Shown: positions 38,920-51,016 of the stretch, in pieces | Position numbering within the stretch: position 1 is the first letter of the stretch | Layout: each line of letters opens with the position of its first letter | Origin: Somniosus microcephalus | Lineage: Eukaryota | Direction: 5' to 3' | DNA: 64,000 nt | Assembly (NCBI GenBank): GCA_052327205.1 | Contig: CM126204.1 | Location: 43,090,001 to 43,154,000, forward strand | Made by a program: the position numbers and the translations under genes | Notes under the pieces: generated by a model | Databases searched by the model: none | What the model was told of the DNA's origin: nothing | Seen by the model: only the letters and a program-made list of their open reading frames with translations

Positions 38920-39020
38920 CCAGTTCTGACGATGGGTCATTGCTCAGAAACGTTAGCTCTGTTTCTTTCTCCACAGATGCTGCCTGACCTGCTGAGTATT
39001 TCCAGCATTTTCTATTTTTA
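38920..39020 (+). mobile_element. Penelope pseudo-LTR fragment with degenerate hammerhead
   Basis: AGTTCTGACGA...GAAACGTTAGCT plus tail. Confidence 0.8.
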
Positions 39021-39324
39021 TCACTTCCTTCCTGGTTATGCTGTCACAACAATAAAAGGCTATGATTCTGTACTGCAACAATAGTGCACACAATTATGAT
39101 TCAGTTTCACAATGGTACTGCATGCAGTTATTTTCACTATACTGACATACCATTAATCCTGATATCAGTCAGAAGTGTGAGTGAGACTAATTGGATAGTT
39201 CTTTCAAAGAGCCTTCACACACATGATAGGCCGAATGGCCTCCTTCTGTGCTGTATGATTCTAAGTACAGAATAAATAGTTCCAATATTTGTCCTTTCCA
39301 CAATGGCAGATGGCCTTCATCGAC

Positions 39325-40485
39325 TGTACAGCACAGAAACAGACCATTCAGCCCAACTGGTCTACCCCAGCGTTTATGCTCCACATGAGTTATACTCGCA
39401 CCCTACTTCATCTAACCCTATCAGCATATCCTTCTATTCCTTTGTGGCTCGTGTACTTATCTAGCTTCCCCTTAAATGCATCTATGCTATTAGCCTCAAC
39501 TATTCCTTGTGGTAGCGTGTTTGACATTCTTACCAGTCTTTGGGTAAAGACATTTCTGCTGAATTCCCTATTGGATTTAATAGTGACTATCTTATATTTA
39601 TGACCTCTAGTTTTGGATTCCCCTGCAAGTGGAAACATCTTCTCCAAGTCCACCCTATTGAACCCTTTCATTATCTTAACGACCTCTATCAGGTCACCCC
39701 TCAGCCTTCTCTTTTCTAGCGAAAAGAGCCCCAGCCTGTTCAGCCTTTCCTGATAAGTATAACCTCTCAGTTCTGGTATTATCCTTGTGAATCTTTTTGG
39801 CACCTTTTCCAATGCCTCTACGTCCTTTTTATAATATGGAGACCAGAATTGTGCACACTACTCCAAGTGTGGTCTAACCGAGGTTCGATACAAGTTTAAC
39901 ATAACACCTCTGCTTTTCAGTTCTATCCTGCTGGGTTTGCTGGGGTTTTTTTATGACCTTATTAATCTGCATCACTACGTTTAGTGAGTTGTGTATCTGT
40001 ACCCCTAGATCCCTTTGCTCCTCTACCCCATTCAGACTCTTATTATCCAAGCATTATGTGGCCTCCTTATTCTTCCTACCAAAATGCATCACTTCCCACT
40101 TACCTATATAGAAATTCATTTGCCAATTACACACCATTCTGCAAGTTTATTAATGTCTTTCTGTATTTTGTTACATTCTTCCTTTGTACTGTATTAACTA
40201 CACATCCCAATTTAGTGTCGTCCGCAAATTTTGAAATTGTACTTCCGATTTCTGAGTCCAAATCATTCATGGAAATCGTGATAGTCATGATCCCAGCACT
40301 GATCCCTGTGGAACACCACTTCCCAACTTTTTCCAGTTTGAGTAGCTACCCTTATCTCCTACTCTCTCTTTCCTGCTTTGTAGCCAGCTTTCTATCCATT
40401 CTGCTGCCTGTCTCCTGACTCCATATGTTCTAAACCTTAGTCATGAGTTACTATGCGGTACTTATTGAAGGCCTTTTGAAAATCT
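39325..40485 (-). mobile_element. CR1 LINE 3' part (older subfamily)
   Basis: ORF 39408-39812 LGLFSLEKRRLRGDLIEV; ISKFADD remnant. Confidence 0.88.
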
Positions 40486-41677
40486 TTATGACGGTCTTCA
40501 TGTTGTCTTAAAATATTTAACACAGCAGAGAAGGATGTAATACAACGTAGATCATTTCCATTGTCGGGATTTGTTTGTTACTGACAGGTGGACCTTTTGA
40601 TTAGTGAAGCCTTCCCTATTCACCTTTTCTTATAAACCAACCTCATGGCTTGTCCACTATTATAGTAATTAGAAATTGTAAACCAATTTAGCTGAACTCT
40701 ACATAATGTGAACTGCACTAATTTTGTGTCACTTGGTATGGTGATAAACCGAAGCTTACTGTGAAATGAATGAGGCAATATAAGAGTATGTAATACTGAC
40801 CTCTGTCGATTACTTAAACCTTTACTGTAATGCCAATCTATTCTGTGACGAACACTTAAAATCTTATTGTTCCCCATTCTTCTTGTAATCCCTAATTTCA
40901 TGTAACCCTACCTTATTCTTGCAATCCCTAAGCTCTCCTTTATTACTCCGAACCTATTCTTGCAATCCATGACCTCTCCTTGCAACTCCAATCCGATCTC
41001 ATTTTTGCCCCAACGTTGAAGAAAAGCCTTTGGTACAATATTCTAACATTTTCTGTTTCTTTTTGAAAATTAAACACTACTGTAGCTTTGTATTTCAACG
41101 TCTGCATTTTCTAATTCTGCCACAGGGAATGTGCTCTAGATCAAAGCTACCCACACATGTTCGGCCAGCAGCTTCCAGCCAGTCAGCTAGTTAGAGGACT
41201 CTGCAAGCAAGCTTGCTGTAAGAGCAGTAGCAGTGAGCTGTGTTTCCCATCACACATTAGATTGTGGCTAAATCACCGCTATCAGCAGTGAGCACTGATG
41301 TGATGATAGATGCCTTTCTTTTCATTCTGTGTGTTCTTGCTCTTTGGTGTTCTCACTGTTACTTATTACCCTTTAACTACAATAATCATATCAAAACACC
41401 GTAATCATTGACAGATCCGTCTGGTAAAGAAACACAATACTGTTAAAAGACACTGTATCACTTACCTAGAATTTTAACACTTTTTTTCTTTTGATTTAAT
41501 AGTCTCACATTTGGAGGTTAAAACCTTTCAGTCTCAACTTTACTTTCTACTCCAGTTGGTTGCACACGAGCATGTTTTTCTTCAAATAAATTATGTAAGA
41601 GCAGTGGTCTGTCAAATTATAATGCTAACATTATAAACAAATTAAAGCAGTGTACTACAAGGAGTATGCTTCACAAT

Positions 41678-42330
41678 AGGTACAGCAAACAATTAGGAAG
41701 GCAAATGGTATGTTAGCCTTTATTACAAGGGGGTTGGAGTATAAGAGTAAGGAAGTTTTGATGCAATTATATAGGGCTTTGGTGAGACTACACCTGCAGT
41801 ACTGTGTACAGTTTTGGTCTCCTTACCTAAGGAAGGCTATACTTGCCTTACAAGGGGTGCAACAAAGGTTCACTAGATTGATTTCTGGGAAGAGAGGGTT
41901 GTCCTATGAGGAATGATTGAGTAGAATGGGCCTGTATTCTCTGGAGTTTAGGAGAATGAGAGGCGATCTCATTGAAGCATAAAAGATTCTGACAAGGCTT
42001 GACAGGGTAGATGCTGAGAGGCTGTTTCCCCTGGCTAGAGAATTTAGAACTAGGGATCATAGTCTCAGGATAAGGGGTCGGTCATTTAGGACTGAGGTGA
42101 GGAGAAATTTCTTCACTCAGAGGGTTGTGAGTCTTTGGGATTCTCTACCCCAGAGGAATGTGGAGGCTCAGTCGATGAGTATATTCAAGGTTGAGATCGA
42201 TAGATTTTTGGACACTAAGGGAATCAAGGGATTTGGGGATAGGGCAGGAAAGTGATGTCGATGATCAGACATGGTCGTATTAAATGGTGGAACAGGATTG
42301 ACGGGCCATATGGCCTACTCCTTATGGTCT
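41678..42330 (+). mobile_element. CR1 LINE 3' part
   Basis: LYRALVRLHLQYCVQFWSP; CR1 tail. Confidence 0.9.
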
Positions 42331-42994
42331 AATAATGATACTACAGTGACCGGCCTGTGATTAAAATTAAATTCTTGTACAGTAATGCTCTGCTATCTAT
42401 TGTGGATAATATCTTGCACCTATTTACATCAGAAAGGTTGCATTTTGTGCTCACTAACGTCACAAAGCAAGTGCTTTCCAGCTAAGATCTCAATATTCAG
42501 GCAATCATCTTGTTCAAGTAAATGTGGAGATTTCAATTTTTCCATTGCAAAGCTGGCCGTTATATTCATTAAATGTATTATAATAATAGTCCGGTAGAGA
42601 CAAGTTGTGTCACTCACGCAGTATTTGGGTTTGAATGATTAATTGAAAGATTGATTGGTTTGTTCTATTGTCTCTTTCCTCTGTGCCACTGCCACTCATA
42701 TCAGAGGACAGTCAAGCGTTAAAATATCTCCACAGAAGGCATCAATGCTGCTCCTTGACCAACTTACTTCAGGGAGTGCTTGAGCAGTCTGAGAATGGAC
42801 TGCTGTCCTGGATAGTTTTCCCCATATCGTCCAGACAGAAGGCTATCAAATTAGGTGAAGCCAGAGCACTAATGACCGTCAGGAGTAGGAATCAAACTCA
42901 GAAATTCACGTCAAGACATTCTAGTTTTATAGCTCCCTGGAAATCCTGGGTTCATCTTTCCTCGTCTTCCCTCTCACGTAGGCATCAAAGATCC

Positions 42995-43243
42995 AATGTC
43001 ACCATTTCCAAGAAGAACAGGAGAGTATTCCCCGTTGTCCTGGCCAATATGTGTCCCTCAACCAACAGATTATCTGATTTCTTACCTCATTGCTGTTTGT
43101 GGGAGCTTGCTGTGCGCAAATTGGCTGCAGCTTTTCCTACATTACAACAGTGACAAACTTCAAAAAACACTTAATTGGCTGTGAAACCACTATGGGTCAT
43201 CCTGAGGTTGTGAAGGCACGATATAAATGTAAGTTCTTCTTTT
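42995..43243 (+). mobile_element. DeuSINE (SacSINE1-like) 3' part with L2-like tail
   Basis: TTGCTGTTTGTGGGAGCTTGCTGTGCGCAAATTGGCTGC core. Confidence 0.78.
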
Positions 43244-43649
43244 ATTTGCTCGCTTGATTCCATTTTCAGGCAGGCCTTTAAATGGGCGCCTGTTACTCCT
43301 GCCCAAAACAGGCAGGAGGCTGTTTAATTATGCAAATCGGAGTCCTACTCCGGTTGTAGGACCCCGTTTGTAATTTTCACAGGGAAATGCGAATTCCCAG
43401 TTCGTCCAGGCGTTGAGCGGCTTAACCGGCGGTCCTTAAAGGGACTGCTGGAGGCCACTCAGAAAAGTGGCCTGAGTGGTCTGATCGTTGCTTTAAAAAG
43501 ATTTTTGTGGGGCCAGGAGGAATATTTATGTCGCCGACTTCTGATTTTCTACTGCTACAGCGGAATGCCCCTTTGGCGCCCACAATTCACCTGTAAAATT
43601 AAAATTTAAACCCAAAAATGGTTTTTCACTGTGAGACACTTAAAAAATC

Positions 43650-43975
43650 AGTGTTCACAGCATGGGCAAGGCCAGCATTTATTGCCCTTGAGAAGGTGGT
43701 GAGCCATGGTGAACCACTGTAGTCCATGATACTTTTTATAGCAGTTTGGTACAACTGAGCAAGTTGCTCGGCCATTTCAGAGTCAACCACATTGCTGTGG
43801 GTCGGGAGATTGCCTTCCCTAGAGGACAGATGGGCTACTAATAATGGGTTACTGGATACTAGTTTTTTTATTCCAGATTTATTTAATTGACTGCCTTCAG
43901 TGGGATTTGAACTCACTTCTCCAGATCATTTAGGATTACTAGCCCAGTAGCATAACCACTATGCTACCATACCCT
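43650..43975 (-). mobile_element. tRNA-headed SINE remnant with Zenon-like 3' tail
   Basis: Minus-strand A/B boxes (GGTAGCATAGTGG..GAGTTCAAATCCC); 43660-43725 matches the LINE 3' end at 55925-56000. Confidence 0.55.
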
Positions 43976-44829
43976 TGGCTGGTTTCACACCCGATTGGCG
44001 CCCAAGTGGAACATTTCCCCCCACCACTCGTCCTCCATCCCAAGAGTTTTACAAATCAGTGCTAGCAGTAAATTAGATTCAGTCCCTCAAAGTTTCTGAA
44101 TTCAATTTTCAAGTGATGTTAACTGGTGCAAAGTATATGTTTACAGTCCATCGGAGAAATATATCCCTAAAGCCCTTTAGTACGTAAAATACAATCTCAT
44201 ACTCTCATATTTGCTGTAATTAAAGTACTGCAAATACTGATTGGTGCCAAAGCACAAATACATTAATGGTAATCAAGTAAACATTTGAATAGTTAAATGT
44301 GTCTCTTGTGTCCATTCCTTTTCCATATTGTTGATGTTCCACATTAAGAAAGTTACAGGCTTTGATAAATATTGTAACACAGCTGTTGCTACCAGATATA
44401 AATCAAGGACAGCAGACACATTTTGGATTCCTCATGCAGGATTTATTAAACATGAAAGCTGATGTGATATCAGTAATCCAAAACAATTAGATTTTTATCA
44501 TAACTCCAGTTACGCTGCGGTTACTCTTCCTAATGTTCAGCCTTAACGTGAGCTGGCAAGCTGCCTTCTGTGTCCAGATTTGGCTATTACCCACAAGATT
44601 TCCATCAAGACTTCCATCATCCCACCATCATAATTCCGTACACCCAGTTCCAGTGCAGTGTAACCCAGCTCCCCGAAATGGTTGAGAAGTCTTCCAGATT
44701 ATCTCACTGCAGCTCATTGAGAGCAGTGCCTTCAGTACTGCTAGCTATTCCCTTATTTGTGGAGCTTTCTAGACCCACATCTCTTGCACTCACAGGCAGT
44801 TACATACAGCAAAATAACCAGTTTACTTA

Positions 44830-45054
44830 AATAAAAACAGAAAATGCTGGAGATACTCAGCAGGTCAGGCAGCGTATGTGAAGAGAGAAACAGAGTTAAC
44901 GTTTCAGGTCAATGACCTTTCGTCAAACGAAAGGTCATCGACCTGAAACGTTAACTCTGTTTCTCTCTTCATAGACGCTGCCTGACCTGCTGAGTATCTC
45001 CAGCATTTTCTGTTTTTATTTCAGATTTCCAGCATCTGCAGTATTTTCTTTTTG
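44830..45054. mobile_element. Inverted (palindromic) Penelope pseudo-LTR pair
   Basis: About 94-bp arms 44830-44923 and 44927-45020; 15-bp TSD TAACCAGTTTACTTA. Confidence 0.92.
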
Positions 45055-45865
45055 TAACCAGTTTACTTAGTTGCCGGAGAATTTGTTGTTGATAATCAAC
45101 TAGAAATAAAATTCCCACATCCAATCGCTATAATTTGCAGCAGATTTGCCCGTAGGTCAACAAGTACTCGACAGTCTACGAGTTCATTTGAAGGCTCAGA
45201 GTTATTTATGACTGCTGCTTCTAAGTACTGATAGCTTTCAGGTTGCACCACATTGGTTTGCTAATATGCTGCCTTGTGGGATAGTAAAATGCATGCTCTT
45301 CCTGCAGTTCCCAACACATTGAGGTCTTGGCAAGTTTAGGCTGGAGATGTAGCAAGGTAGCGGGGGGCGGTGGTGGAGGCAGGAGGGGAGGAGGAAAGTG
45401 GCAGGAAAACTGGACTGCCTCTGCCAGTCAGCTCCAGAGTGCACTGGCAGAGGCCTATGGACTGTGACTATGGTATGCGATGTGAAGAAGGAACATGGAA
45501 AAGGAGGGGGGAAAAGCAGAAAATGCTGGAGGTAGGTAGCGTTAGATTCGAATTTTGGAGAAACCCAGATGGAGATAGAATTGAGGACAAGTACAGAATT
45601 TATTAAACTAAGAGAAGCTTGTTAACAAGGGAGAGTCACTCTGTTTCCTCAAACAAGAGGTGCACTCACAGGGGATAAACAGTGATTCATGTCTTCTGTG
45701 ACTATTCGGATTTGGTTGTTAATTGTACTCTTATCTCCTAGGAGGACAGGGCAGTGTTTAGGCACTGGCTTTACTGAAGTGCTGTGAACACACATTCCCA
45801 TGCCCTTATCACTTCTATGTGTCTTTGATGTTTGATATTCGACCTTGCTGCATCCCTGCTACCTA

Positions 45866-45990
45866 TCTTGACAAAGGGTTTTCACCCGAAACGTCGACTC
45901 TATTTTCTCTCCACGGATGTTACCTGGCCTGCTGAGTTTTTCCAGCATTTTCTGTTATTTTGGATTTCCAGCATCTGCAGTATTTTGCTA
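45866..45990 (+). mobile_element. Penelope pseudo-LTR fragment, diverged
   Basis: TTGACAAAGGG..CCCGAAACGTCGACT plus CCTGCTGAGTTTTTCCAGC tail. Confidence 0.75.
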
Positions 45991-46109
45991 TCCTGCCATC
46001 TGTTCCCAGCTGTATCTTATCAGTCTCTGTTCTAAGACTTAAAAAAAACATCTTTGTCTTTAACAGCTAACATAGTCAAGTATCCCAGAATTCATTGGGA
46101 ACAAGCTCA

Positions 46110-47250
46110 TAATAATCATAATCAACTTTATTGTCATTGTTAGTGCACAAGACATTTAAACATTCAACATACATTTGGCTTGTAATACATTAACATAAAC
46201 ATAACCATAATAAAGTGCATTGGCAGATGTGCAGGCTTTAGAGTTTATTTGTGGAGTTCAGTAGGATGACAGCCCTGGGAAAGAAGCTGTTCCTAAATCT
46301 GGTCGTATGGGTGCGAATGCATCTGTAGCGTCTCCCAGATGGCAGGAGGGCGAACAGACTGTGGCTGGGGTGGGTAGGGTCTTTGATGATGGTCCGTGAC
46401 CTCCGTAAACAGCGTTTCTGGTATATGTGCTCTATGGTCGGTAGCCGGGTGCCGGTAATGCATTGGGCAGTTTTGACTACCCGCTGCAGGGCTTTCCGGT
46501 CATAGTAGCTACAGCTGCCATACCATACCGTGATACAGTTTGTCAGGATGCTCTCTATAGTGCAGCGGTAAAAGTTAGAGAGGATCAGGGGTGACAGGTT
46601 ACATCCCTTCAGCCTCCTTAGGAAATATAGGCGCTGCTGGGCCTTCTTCACCAGAGAGGAGGTATTGAGGGACCAGGAGAGGTCTTCCGTGATGTGGACT
46701 CCGAGGAACTTAAAGCTGTCCACCCTTTCCACCACAGCCCCATTGATGTGGATGGGGGTGTGACTTCCGCCTTTAGACTTCCTGAAGTCCACAATGCTTT
46801 CTTTGGTTTTCTTGATGTTAAGGGCCAGGTTGTTATCGGCGCACCACTTCACGAGATGCTGGACCTCCTCCCTGTAGGCTGACTCATTGTTGTTGGTGAT
46901 CTGGCCTACTACCGTGGTATCATCCGCAAACTTGATGATGGTGTTGGAACCATGAACAGCCACACAGTCGTGGGTGAAGAGGGAGTAGAGGAGGGGGCTC
47001 AGCACACATCCTTGTGGGGCACCCGTGTTCAGGGTCAGGGGGGGGGAGGTGTGGTTACCTAATTTGACAGACTGGGGTCTGTTTGTTAGGAAGTCCAGGG
47101 TCCAGTTGCAGAGGGAAGTGTTCAGGCCAAGAGTGTGGAGTTTGGTGGCCAGCTTGTTGGGGACGATAGCGTTGAATGCTGAGCTGTAGTCTATGAACAG
47201 CATTCTGATGTAGGTCTCTTTACCATCTAAGTGATTCAGTGCAGAGTGTA
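46110..47250 (-). mobile_element. Rex1/Babar LINE 3' part
   Basis: Uninterrupted RT C-terminal ORF 46238-47203: [51 protein letters not shown]. Confidence 0.92.
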
Positions 47251-48132
47251 GGATCCTTCAGTAGCATTAATGACCCAACTAAGATTGCAAACCATTTAGT
47301 ATCAAATGTTTATGTCCAGACATAACATAACTGGTTAAAAACTGTAGAATTATATATATTTTTTAAACTACCTTGTCCAAACGACTTCATTATCTAGTGT
47401 TGAAAGACAGGTTGCTGTGGCACACAACGAGGGGCTGAAATGTTTCAGCTTGTTGCCCAAGTCTGTGAGGCCTGGATGACTTCGGCATCTAAAACTGCTT
47501 GAAAATGATAGAAAAAAGTTATGTTCTGGAGCCCTCCTGTGCAGTCCATTTATGGTAATCAATCTATGCAACTCGGGTGGGGGGGGGGGGGGCAGAAAGT
47601 GAAGCCTCAGAAGTATATTGACCTCCTGCATTTGCAGTCATTAGCGTGCAGAACTGATCCTGGTTTGAACCCACATTTATCCCATTTACTGGTTTGCAAT
47701 AGATGGTGCAGTTAGACAGTGGGTGTTTTGTTTCAGTACACATTCTGCTTCAAACACAGTGCCAAACAAAAACAGACTGGAGTTCAAAACTGCTGAAGTT
47801 CCCCACGCACTTTGTTTTCTTACCCCAGTCTCAACTAGCTTGTGCAGGTGAGGTAGTCAGTGAAGACTCAGCATTCCCATACAGGGAAGGTCAGGAGGAT
47901 GCGTAGTTCACTCTAGATTAGCACCTGTAAAGGCCTGCTGGAAGTGTACCTGCCAACCTTCCCCACATTACAAGGCTCAGGGAGACTTGAGAAGAAAGGT
48001 TGAACTTAGTCTAAGATGGACGTTGAAGTAAACGGTTGGTTGATGTGACTCGGGCTTAGGAGATTGGATAAATTGGGCAGAGTTTGTGGAAGGGGAAAGC
48101 CTGATGAACCAAATCATCCTTTCCTCGATAAT

Positions 48133-48891
48133 GGCCCAGAACTTGGTGTTGGGGGCTTGCCGCGCGTGCAAGCCCCCGATGTGCGTTCACCCTGCGCGCC
48201 GACATCTGAAACCTGGCCCGCAGTGGATTTCCTTTCAGTGGCCAGGTTCTGATGTCGGCGCGCTGTGCTAACCTGACCCAGCGGCGTAGTTAGTGCGATG
48301 TGCTGGCTGGGATCAGGTGAGCACTGTTCAGCCAATCAGGGGAGGGGAGACTTCATTCATAAGTTTGAGAGTAAGAACTGTCAAACTCATGAGAAGTACT
48401 GCACCCCAAAACACTACTTAAACTTTAAATAAAATTTTTAAAAACATCCCAATCATTAAATTAAGTATAAATAAGTTTAAAAAAAAATTTAAACAATTTT
48501 TTTTTGAAAAAAATAAATTTTTAATATAAAGGGTCTAAAACTAAACTTACCTTATTGTAGATTCTTTAAAATAATAAACCTGTGGGGAAAAAAATTCTAA
48601 ATTGCACTAAAATACCACTTACCTGTAAAAATAAATACTTACGTGTGCTTTTTACAAGCAGAAAGACGGGAGGCCTTTACACATGCGCAAATCCCCCAAA
48701 ACAGAGGAAATCCAAGACGCACGCGCTGCCCTCTACAGTGCACGCGCTAGCCTCTTCACCTCTTGGGTAAGAGGAGAGGAAATGCCGGTTTTCAGCGCAT
48801 GCGCTGTGCATGCTGAAAACCGGCATTTCCTCCGGCCAGACGCGTGAGTACCCCTTCCGTACTCACGCGTTTGGGGAGGAATTTCTGCCCC
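48133..48891. mobile_element. Harbinger-like MITE, family B (opposite orientation to 35525)
   Basis: GGCCCAGAA..TTCTGCCCC ends, 3-bp TSD AAT/AAT, same hairpins in reverse order. Confidence 0.8.
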
Positions 48892-48898
48892 AATATAA

Positions 48899-49036
48899 AT
48901 CAAAAGCAAAGTACTGCGGATGCTGGAAATCTGAAATTAAAACCGAAAATGCTGGGAAACGCTCAGCGGGTCAGGCAGCATCTGTGGAGAGGGAAACAGA
49001 GTTAACGTTTCAGATCGATGTCCTTCCATCAGAACT
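48899..49036 (-). mobile_element. Penelope pseudo-LTR fragment
   Basis: Reverse complement of the hammerhead plus tail. Confidence 0.82.
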
Positions 49037-49728
49037 TTCATCGTCCTTTCTTATTCATTCTTCTGTTTTCACTTGATACAGTGGCCATGAGTGTATTCAG
49101 TGTAACAATGTTCACAGTAAATCTAGAGAGTTACTTCACCCCCCACCCCCCCTTTCTCTGTAATTCATAGCTCTTTTCCCTGTCCAGGTTTAGGAAGGCT
49201 AGCCATGTGTCCTTTCTACATTCGGTTTTGGCTATGCTAGTATAGAATGAAATCCGTGGTTGCTATGAAACAGGAGCCAGAGATGTTTCATTTGTCTTTT
49301 ATTAAGCTGGATAGCCTAAAGGTTTGTGGATGTGATCCGGCTCTTGCTGCTGCTCAAATCTAATAGCGATTTCAAATATCCACTGCTGACACTACTTTTC
49401 AAAGAAAAAATTGGATTTAGTTACTAGAAAATGAGAGTTAAAGGGGCCAATTTTCATCTGCTGTCTGGCCCATTTCCTGGTGAGAGCAAGGCGGCAGTAG
49501 CATGAAAATTGGCGAGACTCGCATCCCACCGAGATCTCGTGACCTTCGACCGTCCTCAAAATAGGCGTCCAGTGCTCCTGCCCGGAAACAGTGAGAACCA
49601 AGTATCAATATGAGAATAGAGGACCCACAGTGCTTGCAGGACTGCAAGGAGCATTGCTGACATGGGCAAAGTATGCATTTACCCCCACAGTGAAAAATAG
49701 ACCATAACATTCAACAGTTTGACATGAT

Positions 49729-50535
49729 GGGGGTGATTTTGTGACTGGGGGCGAGTTGGAGGCAGGACTGCTGCTTGTCAGGCTTCAGTCCCGCCTCCAT
49801 CGAGTTGTGGCCAACCCATGCTATTTTCCCTTGATTGACCTTGTTATGCCCGCCCAGCGGGCTTAGCAGGCCAATTAAGGGAAAGCCGGTTGCAGAGCAC
49901 GTCAACGTATGACGTGTCATCTGTCAAAAAATTTTGACAGATGAACTGTCATCGTTTGACAGCTCTGTGAAGCTGTCAAACACTGACATTCTCTGCAATT
50001 TGATGAGGTCTTGACAACCTCATCAACCTTCTTTCTTTTACAGAATTGAGATATTTGTTGCATCTGAGAATGCAACGGACATCTCTCATCGGCAACACGG
50101 AGGTGCGAGACTCTCCGCATAGAAACCGACTGAAGCCTGCAGGAAGAAACAAAGGTAAGTACACTTTTAAAAACACTTAGGACTTACCTCAGGTACTCAC
50201 TTCTACACTCTTGTACCCATCACTTACCTTCACACCACACTTTTGCACCCCCGCAGACCCAGTACTCGCCTCGCTGAGCTGGCGGGTTTTGGAGCCATCG
50301 GGAAGCCCGCACTTGTGAGGGCAAAAACGGGATAATCCTATTTTCTGCCTGTTAACTGCCTGTTAACAGGCAGTTAATAGGCTATAACCCCTTCCCGCCT
50401 CCAAGGAGACGGGACCGGCGCAGGACAGCTACCCGCCTCCTGGGAAGATGGCATGGAGGCGGGTTTGCCACCCGCCCCCAAAATCTGCCATTTTCCCGGC
50501 AGTCCCACCTCCTCGGGGCTGAGAAAATCGCTCCC
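49729..50535. mobile_element. Harbinger-like MITE, family A (opposite orientation to 5928)
   Basis: Colinear reverse complement of 5928-6760. Confidence 0.8.
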
Positions 50536-51016
50536 TTTGAGTCTATACCTTCAAATTAAGTGCCCAATTTATGTTGCTGCCTCATTCTGAATGTGTCAAC
50601 CCACTGATGATGCCCTGGGTTGATGCTCACCGTTGTTTTCTCTGCTCAAACCATAACATTCATCAGTCAAACAAGTCATTGAGGGGAGCAACAGAATGTT
50701 GTCAATAAATCTGTGAGATATACGGGGTAATTGTACAAAATATCACTCCCAGCAAGGAGCCTCCTTCATCAGGAGCACATATTGGGAGTCCAGGCATGCT
50801 CCTGATAAATTTATGTCTCTTAATTTTACAAAATTATGTTCTTCACCAGAAGCATTATTTTGGAAAAACTATTCTACAATATAAGTGACTCACTGGCTGT
50901 CAAACTGATTCTTTTTGTCAGATTAGCAACTTATAGTAATAATGATTTGGATCAGCAGAAAAAATTCTTTCTATACTAAATCATCTCTAAATATAAAGCA
51001 GGGTTCAAATTTCATC

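Noticed and set aside
40875-41000. Telomere-like repeats
   Set aside because: Only one TAACCCTA; the stretch is a short degenerate 20/40-bp tandem (TTCTTGCAATCC).
42668-43153. 161-aa ORF as a gene
   Set aside because: No recognisable domain; the 3' third is SINE sequence.
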